Shown here: one piece after another, positions 20,047 to 29,460 of the stretch
How the letters are laid out: each line of letters starts with the position of its first letter
Position numbering within the stretch: position 1 is the first letter of the stretch
DNA from: Bacteroidales bacterium
GTDB lineage: Bacteria > Bacteroidota > Bacteroidia > Bacteroidales > VadinHA17
Direction of reading: 5' to 3'
DNA: 64,000 nt
Assembly: GCA_034521735.1 (NCBI GenBank)
Contig: JAXHLX010000021.1
Coordinates: forward strand, 24,714-88,713
The notes under the pieces: generated by a model
Told to the model about the DNA's origin: nothing
Database searches by the model: none
The model's input: only the letters and a program-made list of their open reading frames with translations
Made by a program: the position numbers and the translations under genes

Positions 20047-20433
20047 ATGGAAATTATAAATACCATAGGAAGAAGAAAGTCGGCCGTTGCCAGAGTATAT
20101 GTCTCTGAAGGCAAAGGCCAGATAATGGTCAATAATAAGGAATATAAAGAATACTTTCCGGCCAAGACACTGCAGTACCTCGTTATGCAGCCCCTCAACC
20201 TGCTAAGTGTTACTGATAAGTATGATATAAAGGCTGTGCTCGACGGCGGTGGGTCCAGGGGACAGGCAGAAGCCATAAGGCTTGGTATATCAAGGGCTCT
20301 GGTTAAAATCAACAGCGAAGACAAACCGGCACTTAAGGCCGAAGGTTTTCTTACAAGAGATCCGCGCGAAGTGGAAAGAAAAAAGCCAGGCCAGCCAAAA
20401 GCCCGCAAAAAATTCCAGTTCAGTAAACGTTAA
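20047..20433 (+). CDS. rpsI: 30S ribosomal protein S9
   Basis: GRRKSAVARV..GGGSRGQAEAIRLGISRAL..RDPREVERKK. Confidence 0.93.
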   Translation: MEIINTIGRRKSAVARVYVSEGKGQIMVNNKEYKEYFPAKTLQYLVMQPLNLLSVTDKYDIKAVLDGGGSRGQAEAIRLGISRALVKINSEDKPALKAEGFLTRDPREVERKKPGQPKARKKFQFSKR

Positions 20434-20536
20434 AATACTACTATAGAGATACAGGTTTAGTATCTAAATTGCATTGACTTCGGACATCGAACTACTATGC
20501 AATTGATAATTAGAATGTAAACTTTAAATTATTAAA

Positions 20537-21476
20537 ATGCCCAGAACAAATTTCAATGAATTATTAGATGCAGGTGTACATTTCGGTCACCTCAGAAGGA
20601 AATGGAATCCGGCAATGTCTCCCTATATCTTTATGGAGCGTAACGGTATCCATATTATCGATCTTGAAAAAACAGAACAGAAGATTGAAGAAGCGGCATC
20701 TGCCCTGAAGCAGATAGCAAAGTCAGGCAAGAAGATTCTTTTTGTGGCAACAAAAAAACAGGCTAAGGATATCGTTGCTGAAAAAGTAAAGGAGACAAAT
20801 ATGCCTTATGTCACCGAGCGCTGGCCGGGTGGTATGCTTACCAATTTCCCCACAATCAGGAAAGCGGTAAAGAAGATGTCGGCTATTGATAAGATGGCAA
20901 CGGACGGCACCTTCACCAATATGTCAAAAAGAGAAAAGCTTCAGATAACCCGCCAGCGAGCCAAACTTGAAAAAATGCTGGGTAGCATAGCCGACCTTAC
21001 CAGACTGCCTGCAGTTCTTTTCGTAGTAGATATCACAAAGGAATATATTGCTGTAAGAGAAGCTAAAAAGCTGGATATACCCAGTAATTGCAATTGTTGA
21101 TACCAACTCGGATCCCAATGCGGTGGATTTTCCCATACCGGCAAATGATGATGCCTCCAAATCAATATCTCTTATCGTGGATATCATGTGTAAAGCCGTT
21201 GAAGAAGGGCTGAACGAGAGAAAGACGGAGAAGGAAAAAGAATCCTCAGGCAAAGAGAAAAGAGGGTCTAAAGGAACAAAGGCACAGCCTAAAAGGATAA
21301 GATCAGTAAAAGTTGAATCTACTGATAATAATGAAGATGAGGCAATAACAGCAGAAACATCAAGCAAAGAGGAGAAGGCAAAGGAAGAGAGCGGACAGAC
21401 AAAAGAAGAGAAGACAAAAGACGAGGGCGAAAAAACAAAGGAAGAGAAGTCCGACAACGAGTCAGACGATAAATAA
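20537..21476 (+). CDS. rpsB: 30S ribosomal protein S2, interrupted by a 1-nt insertion near 21080-21082
   Basis: ORF 20537-21100 (GVHFGHLRRKWNP..ERWPGGMLTN..EAKKLDIP) continues in the +1 frame as VIAIVDTNSDPNAVDFPIPANDDASKSI (ORF 21123-21476). The span is 940 nt, which is 3n+1. A long Lys/Glu-rich C-terminal tail follows. Confidence 0.88.
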
Positions 21477-21507
21477 TTCAGAATATTAATAATAAAAAAT
21501 ATATAAG

Positions 21508-22339
21508 ATGGCTGCAATAAGTGCTGCTGAAGTGGCAAAACTCAGAAAAATGACAGGAGCAGGGATGATGGACTGTAAAAAAGCCCTGCAGGAAGCTGAA
21601 GGTAATTTTGATAAGGCTGTGGAAATAATCAGGAAGAAAGGCCAGGCTGTGGCCTCCAAACGGGCTGACCGCGAGGCAGGTGAAGGAGTTGTGCTTGCAG
21701 GGGTATCAGGTGATGGCGGATTCGGTGCTATAATCGTTCTTAACTGCGAAACTGATTTCGTGGCCAGGAATGCCGACTTTGAAAAACTGGCAAATGAAAT
21801 ACTGGATAAAGCACTGGAGAACAAACCCGGAAGTCTTGATGAGCTGAAGGAATATTAAACTCGGTGATCAGACAATAGAAGAAAGGGTGATTGAACAGAT
21901 AGGGATAATTGGAGAGAAACTGGAATTATCTTATTACGACTTTATAAAGGCCGCCTATGTTCATGCTTATATCCACCCTGGCAATAAGCTGGCTACCATA
22001 GCAGGCTTTAATAAATCCGGACTGGACACCCAGGTATATAAAGATGTTGCAATGCAAATAGCGGCAATGAACCCGGTGGCAATCGACAAGGATGATGTTA
22101 CACAGGAAGAAATAGATAAAGAGATAGAGATAGGTAAGGAGCAGGCACGCCGCGAAGGCAAGCCGGATAATCTTCTTGAGAAAATAGCCATGGGTAAACT
22201 GGGTAAATTCTTTAAAGAGAACACCCTGCTTAACCAGGATTATGTAAAAGACAATAAACAAACTATCAAACAGTTCCTTAATTCGGTTGATAAGGACCTT
22301 ACCGTAACCGGTTTTAAAAGGTACACTCTGAACGATTAA
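21508..22339 (+). CDS. tsf: elongation factor Ts, interrupted by a 1-nt insertion at 21848-21856
   Basis: ORF 21508-21858 (AEVAKLRKMTGAGMMDCKKAL..NCETDFVARN) and ORF 21887-22339 (IGEKLEL..HPGNKLA..AMQIAAMNP) are the N- and C-halves of EF-Ts in adjacent frames. The span is 832 nt, which is 3n+1. Confidence 0.88.
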
Positions 22340-22428
22340 GCTGAGTGGAGCTGCTGATCCGGATATCCGGATTTTGTTCCAAGGTTACACTCTGAACGAT
22401 TAAGCTTTACGGGACTGCTGGTCCAGAT
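22319..22428 (+). repeat. 64-bp tandem duplication covering the last codons and stop of tsf
   Basis: ACACTCTGAACGATTAAGCT occurs at 22323-22342 and 22387-22406. The following ~20 nt are also related (GGAGCTGCTGATCCGGAT vs GGGACTGCTGGTCCAGAT). Confidence 0.8.
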
Positions 22429-22445
22429 AAAAAATAATACACTTA

Positions 22446-22480
22446 AAAGCTGCCGGCCTGTGGTCAGCAGCTTTTTTTTT
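22446..22480. terminator. bidirectional terminator between convergent tsf and the deoxyhypusine-synthase-like gene
   Basis: AAAAGCTGC..GCAGCTTTTTTTTT: an A run, a 6-bp GC-rich stem and a 9-nt T run. Confidence 0.65.
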
Positions 22481-22481
22481 G

Positions 22482-23453
22482 TCACCAACCCAGTATATAG
22501 GCAAACATCAAAGGAGCCACAATGGTGGCATCAGATTCTATAATGAACCTGGGTGTTGAGGCAGACAGCTTTCCCCAGGTAATCTTCTCATTGGGTACCG
22601 CACCTGAATAAGAACCGTAGCTGGTCGTTGAATCACTTATCTGGCAGAAATATGACCACACGGGAATATCTTCGAGACCCAGATCCTGGTGCAACATAGG
22701 CACAACACAGATAGGAAAATCTCCGGCAATACCCCCTCCTACCTGGAAAAAGCCGGTGCCTTTATCCGGATTATCACGGTACCAGTCGGCCAGAAACATC
22801 ATGTATTCAATCCCTGAACGGGTAATGGAAGGGTCATACAGTCCCTTCATGCAGTGTGATGCAAAAAAATTACCACAGGTCGAATCTTCCCAGCCCGGTA
22901 CTATCACCGGGATATCTTTCTCGGCAGCAGCCAGCAGCCATGAATCAGCAGGGTCTGCCTCATAATACTGCTCCAGCTCACCACTCCTGAGTATATTATA
23001 AAAATATTCATGCGGGAAATACCTTTCTCCCTTACGGCTCGCCTCTTTCCATTCTTTCAAAAGATACTTTTCTATCCTCCTCATGGCCTCCTCCTCGGGT
23101 ATGCAGGTATCAGTCACCCTGTTAAAATGCTTCCTCAGCAGCTCCGTTTCATCCTCAGCGCTGAGATAACGGTATTCTGGTATCCGCTTATAATGACTGT
23201 GTGCCACCAGGTTAAATACATCCTCTTCAAGATTGGCACCAGTACAGGTAATAATATGAACCTTATCACGCCTTATCATCTCGGCCAGTGACCTGCCCAG
23301 TTCTGCCGTGCTCATGGCACCTGCCAGAGTTATCATCATTCGTGCACCAGCAGCCAGCTGGTCATTATATGCCCTGGAAGCATCAAGCAGGCTGGCAGCA
23401 TTGAAATGCCTGTAATGCTCTTCAATAAAAGTACTTACCGGTCCTTTATCCAT
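22482..23453 (-). CDS. deoxyhypusine synthase family protein
   Basis: 323 aa collinear with the DHS fold (MITLAGAMSTAELG..ITCTGANLEEDV..VGGGIAGDFP..KITWGK). 8-nt overlap with the upstream agmatinase gene. Confidence 0.8.
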   Translation of the reverse strand: MDKGPVSTFIEEHYRHFNAASLLDASRAYNDQLAAGARMMITLAGAMSTAELGRSLAEMIRRDKVHIITCTGANLEEDVFNLVAHSHYKRIPEYRYLSAEDETELLRKHFNRVTDTCIPEEEAMRRIEKYLLKEWKEASRKGERYFPHEYFYNILRSGELEQYYEADPADSWLLAAAEKDIPVIVPGWEDSTCGNFFASHCMKGLYDPSITRSGIEYMMFLADWYRDNPDKGTGFFQVGGGIAGDFPICVVPMLHQDLGLEDIPVWSYFCQISDSTTSYGSYSGAVPNEKITWGKLSASTPRFIIESDATIVAPLMFAYILGW

Positions 23454-24294
23454 AATATTTATAGCTTAACATTTTATAATACAGCTTTACCAGCATAAAA
23501 GCATCGGCCCGCCGGTTTTCCTGCGGAGCAAACTCAACAATATCGAAGCCCCTGACATTGGAAGCCGCAAATACACGCCTCAGCAGTTTAATAACCTGGT
23601 ACCATGTCATGCCGCCCGGCTCAGGGGTGCCTGTTGAGGGCATAACAGAAGGGTCAAAAACATCAATATCAAGGCTGATATACACATCATCCCCCAGAAG
23701 GGATACAACCCTGTCTATCCAGTCATCATTATCCTGCATCTCCCGTGCAAAAACACATCGTGAAGGGTCAAAATAATCCAGCTCACCGCTGTCCATACTT
23801 CTGATGCCCACCTGTATAATCCTGGTGTTACGGGAGGCATCATGCATGGCACAGGCATGGTTATATGCCGAGCCATGGTAATCAGGTCTGAGGTCAGTGT
23901 GGGCATCAAGCTGCAATACCGTCAGGTCCTTATACTTCTCGTAGAAGGCTTTTATTATGCCAATGCTCACCGAATGTTCCCCGCCAATGAAAGTAAGAAA
24001 TTTATCATGACTGAGAAGCTCTTTTGTTTTGCTGTATATCTGCCGGAAAACCTCTTCCGGATCACCTTCCGGCCTGAGCTCGGGCAATATATGTATACCT
24101 TTCCTGTACACCTCCGAACCTGTCTCGATGTCATACAGCTCCATATGGTCTGATGCTTCCATGAATGCGCCAAAGGCCTTATCGGAACCCTTACCCCATG
24201 TGCTTGTACCGTCCCAGGGATAAGACTGCAGGAATATAGCGGAATCCTCAAATCCCGAATACTCTTCTTCTATCTTACCAAAAGTCATCATCAT
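23446..24294 (-). CDS. speB: agmatinase (arginase/ureohydrolase family)
   Basis: Mn-binding motifs GGEHSVS, LDAHTDLR and SLDIDVFDPS. Confidence 0.85.
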   Translation of the reverse strand: MMMTFGKIEEEYSGFEDSAIFLQSYPWDGTSTWGKGSDKAFGAFMEASDHMELYDIETGSEVYRKGIHILPELRPEGDPEEVFRQIYSKTKELLSHDKFLTFIGGEHSVSIGIIKAFYEKYKDLTVLQLDAHTDLRPDYHGSAYNHACAMHDASRNTRIIQVGIRSMDSGELDYFDPSRCVFAREMQDNDDWIDRVVSLLGDDVYISLDIDVFDPSVMPSTGTPEPGGMTWYQVIKLLRRVFAASNVRGFDIVEFAPQENRRADAFMLVKLYYKMLSYKYYG

Positions 24295-25700
24295 TTTTCT
24301 ATATAACCAAGAATATTAAGCATATCATCTACCGTTTGTTCATTCCTGTAGACATAATCCCTGAAATTACCCGTTGAATCCCGGTCAATAATAACATGCC
24401 TGGGAGCGGGTATAAGGCAGTGCTTAATGCCACCGTAACCGCTGAGTGAATCCTGGTAAGCCCCGGTATGAAAGAACCCTATGTAAAGGGGTTCCTTATC
24501 ACTTTCAGAATATTCCGGCAATAATATCTGCTGGTTAAAATCCTCTGAATTATAATAGTCCGAATGATCACAGCTTATACCCCCTATATTCACCCTGGTA
24601 TAGTCATTATTCCACTTATTAACCGGAAGAAGGATGAATTTTTCATGCATTGACCATGCATCGGGTATGGTATTCATCAGGCTGTTATCTACTATATACC
24701 ATAATTCATTATCATTCTGCTGCTTCTGCTCAAGCACCTTGAATATGATGGCCCCGCTCTCGCCTACTGTGAATTTTCCGAATTCAGTGTAGATATCAGG
24801 TTCACTGATACCTGCATTAACAGATGTCTCTTTGATATTCCTCACTATCTCAAGTATCATATATTCATAATCATACTCAAAGCCCAGGTGGTTACGGATG
24901 GGAAAACCTCCGCCCAGGTTGAGGGAGTTCAGGCTTTCCGATTCTTTCTTCAGCTCAACATACAGCCTTAAGGCCTTATGAAACTCGCCCCAGTAATACA
25001 AACTGTCCTTTATCCCCGAGTCAACAAAGAAATGGAGCATTTTAAGGTCAAACCGGGGATTGTCCTTTATCTTTGTCCTGTAAAAATCCATTACCTCAGA
25101 ATATGGCAGTCCCAGTCTTGATGTGTAATAGCTCGACTGCGGCTCCTCATCAATGGCCATACGTATGCCAATCTTTACCTTGCTATCGCCCAACTCCTTG
25201 TTTATCCTGTTTAACTCCTCCTCGCTGTCAAGAATTATCACCGAATTTACAAAACCGCTGTTTTGCAGTTTCAGTATCTTTTTAATGTACTCCGGACTCT
25301 TATACCCGTTATGGATAATTATCCTTTCCCTGTCAATCTCCCCGTCTTTATACAGTCTCTCTATCAGGTCAATATCAAACGAAGAGGATGTTTCAAGATT
25401 AACATTATGCTTTAGTGCGGCCCCCACAACATGGTGAAAATGGCAGCATTTGGTACAGTAACAGAAATGATATGCCCCCTTATAACCCGTTTTTTTGATC
25501 GCCCTGTTGAACAGGTTTCTTGATTTCTTTATCTGGTCTCCTATCCTTGGCAGGTACATTAACCTGAAAGGGGTACCGTATTTTTCAATCAGGTATTTAA
25601 GTGATACACCATAGAAAGTGAGATAACCGTCAATAAGGTCAAAGCCCTCCTGGGGGAAATAATATGTCTGTTCTACAAGGTTAAAATATGTATTTTTCAT
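24291..25700 (-). CDS. type III PLP-dependent decarboxylase, probable arginine decarboxylase
   Basis: Alanine-racemase-fold decarboxylase features (FCYCTKC Lys region, LGGGFP, GGISCDHSD). Lies in an operon with agmatinase. I chose the start at MKNTYFNL (25700); the ORF-track start is 25730. Confidence 0.75.
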   Translation of the reverse strand: MKNTYFNLVEQTYYFPQEGFDLIDGYLTFYGVSLKYLIEKYGTPFRLMYLPRIGDQIKKSRNLFNRAIKKTGYKGAYHFCYCTKCCHFHHVVGAALKHNVNLETSSSFDIDLIERLYKDGEIDRERIIIHNGYKSPEYIKKILKLQNSGFVNSVIILDSEEELNRINKELGDSKVKIGIRMAIDEEPQSSYYTSRLGLPYSEVMDFYRTKIKDNPRFDLKMLHFFVDSGIKDSLYYWGEFHKALRLYVELKKESESLNSLNLGGGFPIRNHLGFEYDYEYMILEIVRNIKETSVNAGISEPDIYTEFGKFTVGESGAIIFKVLEQKQQNDNELWYIVDNSLMNTIPDAWSMHEKFILLPVNKWNNDYTRVNIGGISCDHSDYYNSEDFNQQILLPEYSESDKEPLYIGFFHTGAYQDSLSGYGGIKHCLIPAPRHVIIDRDSTGNFRDYVYRNEQTVDDMLNILGYIEK

Positions 25701-25979
25701 TCGTTTATTTAATGACTGACCTGAAAGCAAAGAATGAGCCGGTAATTAATTACAAAGAAATACAAATTTTCATTTTACTCTTACACTCACAGTTATTATT
25801 CCAATATAAAAAATTATAATTAAAATTACTATTTTTGATGCTGGCTGATCTGCATCTCAGTGATTAATCATCCCTGTCAGCAGACAGCTAATGATTATTA
25901 TTATCAGCATTTATTAAGACAGAAAGGTCAGAAGCCTGGCCTTAAATCCCCCTGAACGGGGTGAATAAATTTTAAACTT

Positions 25980-26684
25980 GTGAAATATAAAAGAATATTA
26001 CTTAAACTAAGCGGCGAGTCCCTGCAAGGCAATGACAACTATGGTATCAATAACAAGATGCTTGAATACTACAGCCACCAGGCAGGACAGCTCGCCGACC
26101 AAGGTATTGAAACAGGCATTGTAATAGGAGGAGGTAATATCTTCAGGGGATTCAAAGGTGCTGAAGAAGGCTTCGACAGGATGAAGGGCGACCAGATGGG
26201 TATGCTGGCAACAGTGATCAACAGCCTTGCACTTGAAAGCAGGCTGCAGGCTGACGGCTATAAGGCAAAAGTTTTTACTTCTATCAGGATGGAGCCTGTT
26301 GGCGAGCTGTATAACAGGGATAAGGTGCTTAATAATATGAAGCAGGGTGTTATATGCATACTGGCAGGAGGCACCGGCAATCCTTTCTTTACCACCGATA
26401 CCGCTGCAGCACTGAGGGCGGTTGAGACAGGCTGTGATGCCCTTCTTAAAGGGACAAGGGTAGACGGGGTCTATAACGAAGATCCGGAAAAATCAGATAA
26501 GGCTGAAAAATATGACCGTATATCTTTCGAACAGGTGATAGCCAAACAGCTGAAGGTGATGGACCAGACAGCTTTTACCATGTGCCGCGAGAATAATATG
26601 CCCGTAATAGTTTTTAACATAAACACGCCGGGCGCCCTGCTTGATGTGGTTAAAGGGAAAAAAGCAGGAACAATTGTTAAATAG
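25980..26684 (+). CDS. pyrH: UMP kinase
   Basis: RILLKLSGESL..IVIGGGNIFRG..GGTGNPFFTTDTAAALRA. GTG start. Confidence 0.92.
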   Translation: MKYKRILLKLSGESLQGNDNYGINNKMLEYYSHQAGQLADQGIETGIVIGGGNIFRGFKGAEEGFDRMKGDQMGMLATVINSLALESRLQADGYKAKVFTSIRMEPVGELYNRDKVLNNMKQGVICILAGGTGNPFFTTDTAAALRAVETGCDALLKGTRVDGVYNEDPEKSDKAEKYDRISFEQVIAKQLKVMDQTAFTMCRENNMPVIVFNINTPGALLDVVKGKKAGTIVK

Positions 26685-26760
26685 TAGCTAAAAGCGGGTT
26701 TTTACATATTTTTTTTAAATTTGCTGAAAAGCAAACAATCATAACCTTAAAACTAGCGGT

Positions 26761-27324
26761 ATGAATGAAGAGATAGAAATTATAATGGAAGAGACCACCG
26801 AAAGGATGGAGGACACCATTAACCACCTTGAAGCAGAACTGTCAAAACTAAGGGCAGGGAAAGCAACACCTACCCTGCTGGATGGTATTACAGTTGATTA
26901 TTACGGTGTTAACACACCACTCAACCAGGTGTCAAACATAAATACACCGGATGCCAAATCAGTTATTGTTCAACCCTGGGAGAAAACAATGCTGGGACCT
27001 ATAGAAAAAGCTATCCTTGCAGCAAATATTGGTCTGACACCTATCAATAACGGTGAGATCATAAGGATCAATGTGCCTCCGCTGACAGAAGAAAGAAGGA
27101 CACAGCTGGTTAAAATGGTTAAGAACGAGGGTGAATCGGCGAAAATCAGTATACGTAATTCACGTAAGTGGGCCAATGATGAACTCAAGAAACTTCTCAA
27201 GGAAGGACTGCCCGAAGACGATGAAAAAACAGCCGAAGATAATGTACAGGAACTAACCAATAAATACATTGAAAAGGTTGATGAAGTAGTGGAGTCCAAA
27301 GAGACTGATATAATGACCGTTTAA
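26761..27324 (+). CDS. frr: ribosome recycling factor
   Basis: LRAGKATPTLLDGITVDYYG..PPLTEERR..IRNSRK. Confidence 0.92.
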   Translation: MNEEIEIIMEETTERMEDTINHLEAELSKLRAGKATPTLLDGITVDYYGVNTPLNQVSNINTPDAKSVIVQPWEKTMLGPIEKAILAANIGLTPINNGEIIRINVPPLTEERRTQLVKMVKNEGESAKISIRNSRKWANDELKKLLKEGLPEDDEKTAEDNVQELTNKYIEKVDEVVESKETDIMTV

Positions 27325-27611
27325 TACAGTCATATTAAAACTTTGCAAACCTGCCCCTGCTTTAGCTCTCTTTCCCGGTAATGCCGCCAGATAAATATCT
27401 GTTTCCTGCCGGCATCTGCCACCGCTGTACAGCTCCCCGCAAATGTCTTCATGCGTTTATTTTCCAGAGCTGTACTGCCTGCAAAACGAAAAGCTGCGTT
27501 CGCATTTAATTTCTTTCCAGGTAAATCATTAAACAAATAGGGTATATTGATGATAAACGGTCATACATGTGAAAACAGATTTTAAATGAAGTATAACAAA
27601 AACATTAAGCC

Positions 27612-28904
27612 ATGAAAAGATTTATTGATATCACAATGATTGCGCTGATACTGTTTACAATTATTTCAGTAGTCACTGCATCGGCAGCAGACAATACCGG
27701 AATGAACGTAAAAGATCAGCAAGCATACCTTACTGTAAAGGGGAAAATAATTGATAACGAAACGGGTGAGCCCCTGATATTTGCTACCATCGGCGTTAAA
27801 GGGACCAATATTGCAACAGTGTCCAATATAGACGGCGAATTCCTCCTTAAGATTGATAAGAGGATCGATAACCCTTATATAGAAGTGATGTATATAGGTT
27901 ATAAGAACAAGGAGATGCCTCTGACCAATCTCTCAACAGGCGATACCGAAAATATCATTGATATGAGGGCGGCAATCATACCCATTGCAGAGGTTGTGGT
28001 TAAGCCAATTACAGCAGAAGAGGTCATTGAGGCAGTGATAAGGAATATAGGGAACAACTATCCGGATGAGCCCAATCTGATGACAGCTTTTTACCGCGAG
28101 ACAATAAAGAAAAACAGGTCTTATGTATCTATTGCCGAAGCGGTGGTGGAAGTTTTTAAGGCACCTTATAATAATGACTTCCGCTTTGATGCTGCACGCA
28201 TCTACAAGGGACGTAAAAATATCGAAACATCAAAGATCGATACCGTATTATTCCGCCTGCAGGGAGGTCCGGCCACTACCCTTCAGCTTGATATAGTAAA
28301 GAATCCATGGAACATACTTACCCTTGATGCCATGGAATCGTATAACTACAGCCTTGAAAATATAGTGGTCATCGATGAGAAGCCTCATTATGTGATTGAG
28401 TTTTCACAGGTTGAAAATATGGAGATACCCCTGTTCCTGGGTAAACTGTTCATTGATATCGACAACTATGCTATTACCGAAGCCGAATTCAGCATTAACC
28501 TTGAGAATAAAAACCGTGCAGCTTCATTATTCGTACGAAAGAAGCCCTTCGGCATGAAGATTACTCCCGAATCAGCGAGCTACAGGGTGAGATTCCGCGA
28601 AACAGACGGATTGTACCACTTTGCCTATGCAAGGGCCGAGGTTGAATTTAAGGTAAACTGGGATAAGAAACTCTTTAATAAGACGTATATCACCATGTCA
28701 GAAATAGCTATTACTGACAGGACCGAGGAAGAAGTTATTAAATTTGCCTCCAGGGAAAGAATCAGGAAAGGTGATATCTTTACAGAAGAATTAAGCGCCT
28801 TCAGCGATCCTGACTTCTGGGGCGACTATAACGTTATTGAACCAGATCAGAGCATTGAGTCGGCTATAAGCAAGCTTGGTCGCAAATCATGGTGGAACAG
28901 ATAA
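27612..28904 (+). CDS. exported CarboxypepD_reg-like domain protein (paralog of 30436-32010 without the STN domain)
   Basis: Signal peptide, then LTVKGKIIDNETGEPLIFATIGVKGTNIATVSNIDGEFLL (carboxypeptidase-regulatory-like fold). A ~320-aa C-terminal domain aligns with the paralog (MTAFYRE.., IYKGRKN, PDFWGDYNVIEPDQSIESAISKL). Confidence 0.75.
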   Translation: MKRFIDITMIALILFTIISVVTASAADNTGMNVKDQQAYLTVKGKIIDNETGEPLIFATIGVKGTNIATVSNIDGEFLLKIDKRIDNPYIEVMYIGYKNKEMPLTNLSTGDTENIIDMRAAIIPIAEVVVKPITAEEVIEAVIRNIGNNYPDEPNLMTAFYRETIKKNRSYVSIAEAVVEVFKAPYNNDFRFDAARIYKGRKNIETSKIDTVLFRLQGGPATTLQLDIVKNPWNILTLDAMESYNYSLENIVVIDEKPHYVIEFSQVENMEIPLFLGKLFIDIDNYAITEAEFSINLENKNRAASLFVRKKPFGMKITPESASYRVRFRETDGLYHFAYARAEVEFKVNWDKKLFNKTYITMSEIAITDRTEEEVIKFASRERIRKGDIFTEELSAFSDPDFWGDYNVIEPDQSIESAISKLGRKSWWNR

Positions 28905-28924
28905 GATAAGAAGTCCTGTAGACA

Positions 28925-29458
28925 ATGGCAGCTGACAAACAAATTATCAGAAGGATAAGGAACGGGGATATCAAAGAATTTGAAACCCTGTTCCGTTCTT
29001 CTTATAATCCGCTGGTTGCCTATGCACGGACCATACTAAAGGATACAGACACCTCGGAAGAGATTGTACAGGAGTTGTTTTATGTCTTGTGGCGCGACAG
29101 GGAAAAAATAGAAATAAAAACTTCGGTCAATGCCTATCTTTTCCGTTCAGTATATAACAGGTGTATGCATTATATAGATCATAAAAAGGTGATGGGAAAA
29201 CATGAGAATGAGGTAAAGAAAAGCCTGCAAAGAAACTACCAGGATCCTGAAGATGAGTACCATTATAAGGAACTGCACGAAAAAGTGGCCGGTATAATTG
29301 AAAGGCTGCCCGGACGCTGTGCAAAGATTTTTTGTATGAGCCGCTTTGAAGGGCTTAAATATGCCGAGATAGCAAAAGAAATGTCCATATCTGTCAAAAC
29401 GGTAGAGGCAAACATGAGTAAAGCATTAAAAGAGTTCAGGAAAGAATTATCAGCATAA
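28925..29458 (+). CDS. RNA polymerase ECF-type sigma-70 factor
   Basis: Region 2 (YNPLVAYARTIL..EIVQELF) and region 4 HTH (CAKIFCMSRFEGLKYAEIAKEMSISVKTVEANMSKAL). Confidence 0.88.
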   Translation: MAADKQIIRRIRNGDIKEFETLFRSSYNPLVAYARTILKDTDTSEEIVQELFYVLWRDREKIEIKTSVNAYLFRSVYNRCMHYIDHKKVMGKHENEVKKSLQRNYQDPEDEYHYKELHEKVAGIIERLPGRCAKIFCMSRFEGLKYAEIAKEMSISVKTVEANMSKALKEFRKELSA

Positions 29459-29460
29459 AG

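Noticed and set aside
19758-20408. 216-aa minus-strand ORF
   Set aside because: It is antisense to the strongly conserved rplM/rpsI genes: a Ser/Leu-rich shadow ORF.
20924-21538. 204-aa minus-strand ORF rich in Ser/Phe
   Set aside because: It is an antisense shadow of the Lys/Glu-rich tail of rpsB.
20537-22339. Programmed ribosomal frameshifting in rpsB and tsf
   Set aside because: There is no slippery heptamer or stimulatory structure. Most break sites are short homopolymer runs, and several unrelated genes in the window show the same defect. Sequencing error is more likely.
27330-27536. 68-aa minus-strand ORF downstream of frr
   Set aside because: It has no signal, motif or operon context. 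The region is better described by its RNA-like stems and is reported as a low-confidence finding instead.
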